This document shows, in pieces, positions 10,757-17,575 of a DNA stretch of 64,000 nt. The stretch covers positions 1-64,000 of the forward strand of contig DF237195.1 of NCBI GenBank assembly GCA_000708835.1. Reading direction: 5' to 3'. Within the stretch, counting starts at the first letter, position 1. Every line of letters starts with the position of its first letter. The notes under the pieces were generated by a model. That model did no database searches. It worked only from the letters and a program-made list of their open reading frames with translations, and was not told the origin of the DNA. The position numbers and the translations under genes are program-made. Origin of the DNA: Klebsormidium nitens. Its lineage: Eukaryota > Plantae > Klebsormidiophyceae.

Positions 10757-10830
10757 CAGCTATGTATGACGACTCCCCGTGATCCCAGACGTTGGAAGCT
10801 CTAGAACGAGTCCTTGGTCAGGGTATGCTG
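10757..10830 (+). ncRNA. Box C/D-like cassette, family D (decayed)
   Basis: CAGC-TATGTATGACGAC...CCAGACGTTGG...CTCTAGA...GTA-T-GCTG. Confidence 0.45.
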
Positions 10831-11091
10831 CTACAGCTGCTTTGCATCACTGATCATCTCTGGCGTTCAACGGTCGAAACAGTGCTTCTCGAGTGCGGGC
10901 TACTAGTAGAAAAACGTACTCGGACGAAGCGTACTCTGGTCATTCTAATGCTGCTGTATCAAAATGAATCACCGAACAACCTGCAATAATTGACCTGGCT
11001 ACACGGATGGGCAGATATTTTGCTTGTCAAGGGACGTGATCTATGCATGTATCGGAGTCGAGTGCTTGAAGCAGTACCGTTTTCAGAAGAG

Positions 11092-11148
11092 TAGCAATGA
11101 TGAATCAGGAAGCCCGGCACTCTCCGAAGTTCCATCAGCCTGAGTGTT
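11092..11148 (+). ncRNA. Box C/D-like cassette with canonical box C
   Basis: TAGC-AATGATGA (canonical box C at 11097-11103)...CCGGCACTC...CTGA (11140-11143); terminal stem weak. Confidence 0.5.
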
Positions 11149-11828
11149 CAAAAATTATTGAAGCTGCCCAGCAATCAGATTTAAACCCGCCACCTTTTTA
11201 GCTGGTTAGAGCGGTGTTAATGGCCCGCATCACCGCTTCCTCAGATTGGCGGGTCTTATTGCTCGATCGAAAAGACTCATGGTTTGTGCTCGTCAGTTCT
11301 TGCCTCGGGCAGGCCCATTCTTTTAGAAAACTAGCTGCCCAGCAGCGTCTCTTGAATCTTTGTTCCACTCGAAACACCATCCGCACCATTGCTTCAACGC
11401 CTTTCGGGTCCCAAAAGGTGCGACTGATCTCGTTACGTGACGGCAAAAATGTATGATTTGAGTAGAGGCCGTTTGAAGCCTCTGACCACCTGTTGTGCTA
11501 AGACGTGCAAACCCCTCAAAGCGATCACAACAGGAAAAAAAGGAGTACGGAGTCGCCTTCTGGTCGCCCTTCTGGCCATAGGTTTCCAGAGCTTTTTGAA
11601 AGCTCACATTTGGTAAAATCATAACACACCGACACTTCGAATCATCCATTCCCTATGCCTGTCTCGGTGACCAACGTTCCTAGGTCACTTTCTTTGCCTG
11701 TCTTGATGAATGACGTGCCTAGATCTTATACGACGTGAGGGTTTCAAAAGTCTTCGTGGGCGGCAGGCGCGCAGGTAGTGGCGGCTGTTCCGACTGCTGA
11801 CGTTTCGTCGGTACCTCCTCACTTGGAG

Positions 11829-12078
11829 CAGCAAGGATCAGCAAGCTTACTTGGCACTGGCTCAAAATTCACTATAAATCAATACCCGGTTTAAGATCGT
11901 GTGCTGAGGCCGTTTTGATCTCAGAAACTCAGCTTTTAAGATCAAAGTGGTCTGACACAACGTTTAAGACCAAATTAGCCTGAAAACCTGAATAGGTTCA
12001 AGATCGAAGTGGCCTCACAACGATCTTAAACCGGGCTATCATTTATAGTGAAAGAGGAGATCAATGGGTCTGAAGCTG
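11829..12078 (+). pseudogene. Family C-like cassette interrupted by a MITE
   Basis: CAGC-AAGGATCA...TTGGCACT before the MITE and TCTGA-A-GCTG after it; removing 11870-12050 restores a 69-nt cassette. Confidence 0.6.
11870..12050. mobile_element. 181-bp CACTA-like miniature inverted-repeat element
   Basis: Ends CACTATAAATCAATACCCGGTTTAAGATCGT... and ...ACGATCTTAAACCGGGCTATCATTTATAGTG (~31-bp imperfect TIR starting CACTA); internal TT(A/C)AGA(T/C)C-type subterminal repeats; no perfect 3-bp TSD. Confidence 0.7.
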
Positions 12079-12682
12079 TGCGCCTGGAAACCCGCAGCCG
12101 CCGGGCTCTCCACGAAATTCACACCGATGTCAAGAGAAGCGCGTATAGAACTAACTGGGTGCGCAAAACTCTGTGCGCGCACCGGCCGTTACGGATCTAA
12201 TCATCTCAGATCCTTCTTTTTGCCTCGTGTTTTTCGCTTGCTACAGGCTCTTACTCTTCCGGGAAGATCCAGACCATTAAGCAAAGGGCAAAGCTACCAA
12301 ACCTGTGCATTTTCACGAGCGGCCAGGATGCTAGGTGTCTGGCCCTGCGCCAGTAATAGGGCCGAATCCACGTGCTGACGCTCTTCAGTCTCCTTCCCGC
12401 CATAGGACGACGGATCCCTGCGTAGCCTTGCAAGTTTCGAAGGATTTCTTCAGCGCCCGCGCCCTTCCCAAATAAGCAGCACGATGAAGCTTCTGATAGT
12501 AAAACCGTTGGATAACCTTAAGCAATGAGCAGCTTCGTTCCCAAATGAGAGGCTCTGCGAAAATTCTCAATGTCCGCTAGCGTATCTTCTCCGTTTCTCG
12601 CCGTCGCGTCCGTTATCCTCTCTAACACCAACCTGACAGAAAGTGAAGTCCGTGAGAGCGTCGGTCTGCCTGAGTCTGCAGA

Positions 12683-12758
12683 CAGCAACGATGCAACTCG
12701 AAGTGGCACACGCAGAAGGAACGCCAAACGTGCTCATCGCCCCTATGCACTGATGCTG
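12683..12758 (+). ncRNA. Box C/D-like cassette, family E
   Basis: CAGC-AACGATGCA...AAGTGGCACACGCAGAAG...CTGA-T-GCTGTTTGCGAAG; paralog at 14766. Confidence 0.65.
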
Positions 12759-12904
12759 TTTGCGAAGTCCTGGAGAGCGGGTCGGCGCCTTGAATTCTCA
12801 TTCGTTTCGTGTGGCCATCCATTCCTTTCTGCATAATTGACAATTTGATCCTTCTGTCCTTCATGATTATTTTGAGTGCCTATGATTTCCTGTTCGTCTT
12901 ACAG

Positions 12905-12975
12905 CAGCAAGGATACTAATCTTCTTCGGCACTTCTGCCGGAGTGACAAACTCCAAGTGCTTAAGTCTGACGCTG
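12905..12975 (+). ncRNA. Box C/D-like cassette, family C'
   Basis: CAGC-AAGGATAC...CGGCACTTCTGCCG hairpin...TCTGA-C-GCTG; paralog at 14973. Confidence 0.65.
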
Positions 12976-13432
12976 CGCATCATGAGTCGAAGCGTTACAA
13001 TCCCGCATGTTAAAGCATTATTTGGTGCCATTCTCTTGCCTGTTTTACCATCTTACCGGTGTTCCTTGAGGCTTCACTTGTGGCTGTATTCGGGCTCTTC
13101 TGGCTTCGACTATTTTCGGCGCAGGTTCCAAGATTCCCTTTGGGAAGATTCTGATGAGTCTCATCTTGGTTCGCAAATCTCGATCCGCAGTGGGCTAGAT
13201 TCCGCTCGCACTGCCGCAGAGGATTTGCAACCGGCAGTCCCTAGCTGCCTTTTGATTCGTCTCTCAAAGCGCTGCTTGCGTTCCGGATTCGTGCACATAG
13301 AAAGATGTGGGCACACCTGTAAAATGGATTCCGTACACGTCCTGACCCCTGGCGAATTTTTTGGAATTGAGTATCTTGGCTGACGTCACCATCGCAACTA
13401 GGCAGTGATCAACCCACAGTCGCCAGGACTAA

Positions 13433-13489
13433 ACGAAGGGATGGCTCTGGTCTGGGGACTGAGGAACTCGTGGTGGACCCTGATGCCGT
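13433..13489 (+). ncRNA. Box C/D-like cassette, family F
   Basis: ACGAAGGGATGGCTCTGGTCTGG...CCTGA-T-GCCGT; paralog at 15449. Confidence 0.45.
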
Positions 13490-13772
13490 ATTATAGGTGC
13501 AATATTCATGTACACAAGGTTAAACGAGGCGAAAAATGTCTGCTTCTCGGTCGAAGATCGGCCGTATGAACGATCAAGAAGGTCCTTCAAACGAGGCGAA
13601 TCAATCGCTCAAACCACGAGGACGTAAATGAGGGCCAATGACCCGTTGGATGGTCGAAACATCTGCGCAACCTAATCAACTCTCGCAACCTGAATGCCGC
13701 GTGGACCGCCCATGTCGATTTTGGAACGTGTTGAATTACGAAGAAAAAGAAAGAAGAGGGCTTTCTTTAGAG

Positions 13773-13843
13773 CAGCAATGATGCCAAGCCTGTTGCCCGC
13801 GCCCAGTGGCGTCGCGAGTTTTCTCGGAAGGTTTCTGATGCTG
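13773..13843 (+). ncRNA. Box C/D-like cassette, family A'
   Basis: CAGC-AATGATGCCAA...TGCCCGCGCCC...TCTGA-T-GCTGCGC; paralog at 15807. Confidence 0.68.
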
Positions 13844-13900
13844 CGCGTTCCCTGTACAAACGTCACAATCATATTGATGTCGACTTTTAGCACTTTCGAG

Positions 13901-13967
13901 CAGCAAGGATGGATTTGGACCTGGCGCTCTCTTCAGAGCGGCACGTCTAGTACGCTGACCTGAGCTG
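13901..13967 (+). ncRNA. Box C/D-like cassette, family C-like
   Basis: CAGC-AAGGATGG...TGGCGCTCT...CTGA-GCTG. Confidence 0.55.
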
Positions 13968-14765
13968 GCTCTGATTTTACATTTCCTTTGTTTTAGGCAA
14001 TGCTTTCAATCAGTTTAGAGTCTTTACCCGTTCAAATGGAGTACGTACAGAAAAATTTTGCTGCAACGCAGAACTTTATTCGGAGGGCACACAAGGCAGG
14101 AAGTTTGCGCGACCTCTTTTTTGTTTTCTTCAAAAGTGTCGATCTTTTCAGGTCGTGATTGCGACCTTCGCATAAGAAACGGCGATGATGAGCCCATTCG
14201 ACAACGTCGGGATTGACAGTACCGACTGGTCTTGGAGGTGATATGACGCCACGGGTGCGGTCCGTTTTGATTTTTTCCATTGTGCCGGGGTGCTCCGCGC
14301 CTCGTCTTCTTCTGGAAAAACAATTACGTCCAGCAAACGCTCACTTTATCTAGATTAGCACACCGTAATTCTGGCGAAGTCTTTCAACCTGATCTAACGT
14401 ACGGCCATTCGCTTATGCACCTGTCCGTAACACTGTCATGACCACGAGCCACAGTCTACAGTCTTCTTAGCGTAAACTCGTCATCTGAGAGCTGCCATCT
14501 GTTTCAAACGGGATGCATCGGCGTTCAAGACTTCGATCTTCTCCTGAAACGGGTAGTGTGACTTGACGAAGTCAGCGCTGACACTCGTGCCGGCCGCATA
14601 AGGCTTTTTCCCATTCCCTTGGTTCCTCGCCCTTGTGCTCAAAACGGTCTCGGCTCCGTGGTGGTCCAGAGGATCGTCAACCACCTCCACAACCCTCCTT
14701 CCAAGCTGGTAAGCCCGGAAGAAACCGAAATCCCTGACAAGGGTTGTTTCTCTTTAAACTGCGGA

Positions 14766-14845
14766 CAGCAAGGATGCAACAGGAAGTGGCGCGCGCAGAA
14801 GCAAGCCACAAACCTCTCTTCCGTAATCTCATCGGACTGATGCTG
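14766..14845 (+). ncRNA. Box C/D-like cassette, family E
   Basis: CAGC-AAGGATGCA...AAGTGGCGCGCGCAGAAG...CTGA-T-GCTGTTTGCGAAG. Confidence 0.68.
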
Positions 14846-14972
14846 TTTGCGAAGTTGCGAAGTGTGGGAGCACGGCGCCCACTTAAAGAACCAACGTCTT
14901 GCTTGCGTATTAACTCGCTGCAGCTTTGAACCTCGGTTGCTTCCTTCTGATGTCCTTGATTGATCCAAAGAG

Positions 14973-15042
14973 CAGCAAGGATTACCAATCAGCTGGCCCG
15001 GCACTCCCGCCAAATGCGCTGTTGTTGCTTGATCTGACGCCG
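14973..15042 (+). ncRNA. Box C/D-like cassette, family C'
   Basis: CAGC-AAGGATTAC...CCGGCACTCCCGCC...TCTGA-C-GCCG. Confidence 0.6.
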
Positions 15043-15448
15043 TTCACTAGAATTTAGTGACTTCACTGGGGCCAAAACTGAGGGACAGCGAAAAGCACGG
15101 GCTGTCGCCTTTGCTCGCCCGGTGTTCCTAGAAACTTAGCAGCTGGTGGTCGCTCTGAGTACGAAACTCTTCGCAACCCACCTTCCTGTCTGAAAAAGGG
15201 TCTGATGACTCCCTTGTTCCGCAAAGCCCATCTTCGACGCGCTGGCGGAAGGATTTGCGACCGGCCAATACTTATAGCGCCTGCGCCTTTCTGATTCCTC
15301 ACATCTGAATCCCCGCTGCTTGCGTCAGCAGAATCAGAGCCCGGAAGACGGCGTGGGAATAAGCTGCCAACTTGATACCTCCCCTGTGATATGGCGATCA
15401 GCTAAGCTGACGTCATCGTCCTAAAGCAGGAATGATCTGCCACTTCTA

Positions 15449-15514
15449 CACGAAGGAATGGCTCTGGCCTGGAGGACCATGAATGCGAGGGGAATATGAC
15501 GTGGGCTGACGCTG
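15449..15514 (+). ncRNA. Box C/D-like cassette, family F
   Basis: ACGAAGGAATGGCTCTGGCCTGG...GGGCTGA-C-GCTG. Confidence 0.45.
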
Positions 15515-15806
15515 CATTACTGGCGTGTTTGTCTTCCCGTGACGATCAGATGAACAAACGAACACATCCTCGTGCTTCCTCGGAAGGTTTGGCCGTACAA
15601 ACGTATAAAGAGGGTCCTCTAAACCGAGGCAAATTGACTGCGTCAACCTGAGGGACATGGTCCAATCCTAACCCCTCGTCGATGTCAAACCGGCTGTGCA
15701 ACCTGGTGCAACCATCACCACTCAGGATCAGCTGTGTGGATAGACATGTTGGCTTGGCAACGTTGACGAATTACGCGGGAGTTTCAGACGGGACTTTTCT
15801 TTGAAG

Positions 15807-15868
15807 CAGCCATGATGCCAATCATAGTGCCCCGCACCCGCCGCAACCAAAGACTTTGACTGATGCTG
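15807..15868 (+). ncRNA. Box C/D-like cassette, family A' (last recognisable unit)
   Basis: CAGC-CATGATGCCAA...TGCCCCGCACCC...CTGA-T-GCTGCGC. Confidence 0.68.
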
Positions 15869-17575
15869 CGCATGCGCCGTACATCCGGGTGAACTGACTG
15901 CTAGGGTTGATGGACGCAACAAATACTTCGTTCAAACCGTGTTTTGGCTTCTCTGCATTGCTCAAAAACGACAGACTTTGCAATCCATTCATGAATAGCG
16001 GGGCGCAATCTGGCGCCTGTCGGCTGGTCAGGTCGTCTGAACAGCGAGCTTCCGTGGAGCATTGCAGGTCAGCTAACGCCACTGCTTTAAACCACCCCTT
16101 ATGATAGCAGGGGCTAGAGCGATCTGCTCGATTTCAGCATTCCAGTTGGTGATCATGGAGGATTTTCAGATCGAAGATGCAAGAAAATGTTTGGTCGGAT
16201 GTGATGATCCGGGGGCCTCGCAGAAGGCACCGATTGGCCCTGATTCGTAGATTGGCTTGCGTTCAAAGACGCGTGGTCCCGCTAAAGTTATACGACATGG
16301 AGACTTGCGACTTTGCCGGTAAACTGAACCCACACGCGGCTTGCTTGATACGAGCGAGGGACCCCAGTCAACCAACCTTTGCGAGGTGGTGTTTGCACGT
16401 GCTACTTCATAACGCAAAAGATTCAAATCTTCTAAGTGGGATATTCTCATCGGAACCCATATGCATATCGGATGACAGCATGAGCAACACACATTTGGCA
16501 GCACACGCATGCATGAACCCCGCCGGACTTTTCAACTTAGATGAATGATTCAAGGGCCGCATGCCGATATGCTTCGTCGCCCTGGCAACCTTCTTTGCAT
16601 GCTTCAATGACATGTAAACGGAGCAGCGCGGCCTGTAGAAGTCATGCACATGATGATGCACTTGGCACGTACATACATGGCAAGCTGCATGCGAGATTTC
16701 ATGAGACGAATCGTGCTTGGAACAGAAAGTGGTTACTAAATCACAACGTTATCTAGCTCACTAGCCGCGTGTAGATCGACCGTCTGCAGCCCGCGCACAG
16801 CCACCTAGGCTAATAAATCCACATTGACTGGGCATGAGTCCATGTACTTTCACACATGACCTACAGGCGACATCATACGCGCACAGGGCACGGACGTAGG
16901 CAAACGCTTTTCGGCCTATATGTAAAAGATCAACAATTAACGTGACTGTCAATTGTGATCATAACCATGCATGTAGAACGCGGCCGGGCGCAGCCGTCCA
17001 CAATGCTCACCCAGCATGTTACCTAAACGTCCTATCATGCATGCAGTTCTGGCCCGGTCTCGGACTTGGAACAGACCGAATTCTCTGTTTAGTAGGATTC
17101 TGCAACATATGTTGTCCATTGCCCAACCAGATATGCGTTCGGTTCCCTTGCATGCAAGCTCATTCCGAAATATGAGAAAGCAAATGCAGCTCGGCTCCAG
17201 AACCACCGAGCTAAGGCAGTGGAGCTAAGCGGCACTATTTAAAGAAGTTTCGTAGGTCCAACCATACCAGTTTTAAAAACTGATTTTCAGCTGGAGGAAC
17301 AAGCTTGCAAAACAATTCTGCAGCTCTGTCTCTTAAAACAACGGAACCAACTGAAAACCGCATTTGCCGAAGGCAGCCTGAATCGACTAAGCGCAGAAAG
17401 GAAGGAGCCGGGAACATATACATACAAGGCATTATTATCTGGCATTCGACTAGCTACAAAGCTGGTTTGTTCGCTCAGAAGACATTAACCACCCACAGCG
17501 AGGGCATATCCAACACAGCAACTATAACTACCGCGCTCTTTGCAGCTGGACCTATCCAGCTTTGTTACCTCTCGC

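Larger units (their letters stand above)
238..15868 (+). repeat. Tandem array of box C/D-like small-RNA cassettes (about 35 recognisable units; sub-array 1 order A-C-D-B, period ~1.75-1.95 kb; sub-array 2 period ~2.1 kb)
   Basis: Recurrent CAGC-NNN-GATG/GAAG/GAGG ... CTGA-N-GCTG units 54-80 nt long, all on the + strand, in repeating order, separated by diverged but alignable spacers; no conserved ORF or spliced coding signal in the region. Confidence 0.85.

Noticed and set aside
11441-11500. GTATGATTTG...AGAGGC..GCCTCTGA as an extra C/D cassette
   Set aside because: Too short, with no terminal CAGC/GCTG stem and no paralog.
14024-14690. Minus-strand ORF fragments (14032-14280, 14481-14690) as transposase remnants
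   Set aside because: No catalytic motif, TIR or TSD recognisable; cannot be supported without a search.
238-15868. CRISPR array or a bona fide prokaryotic TIGR array
   Set aside because: Eukaryotic context, units spaced 130-800 nt apart with degenerate repeats, and no cas or Nop-domain (Tas) gene in the window; only an analogy is retained.
241-16104. Dozens of 60-200 aa ORFs on both strands across the array
   Set aside because: No recognisable domains, no coding-like composition, and no frame conserved between homologous repeat units; they are chance ORFs across non-coding cassettes.
16166-17432. CATG/ATGCA-rich stretch between the array and RabE1 as a Helitron or other element
   Set aside because: No clear terminal hairpin plus CTRR, TIR or second copy in the window.
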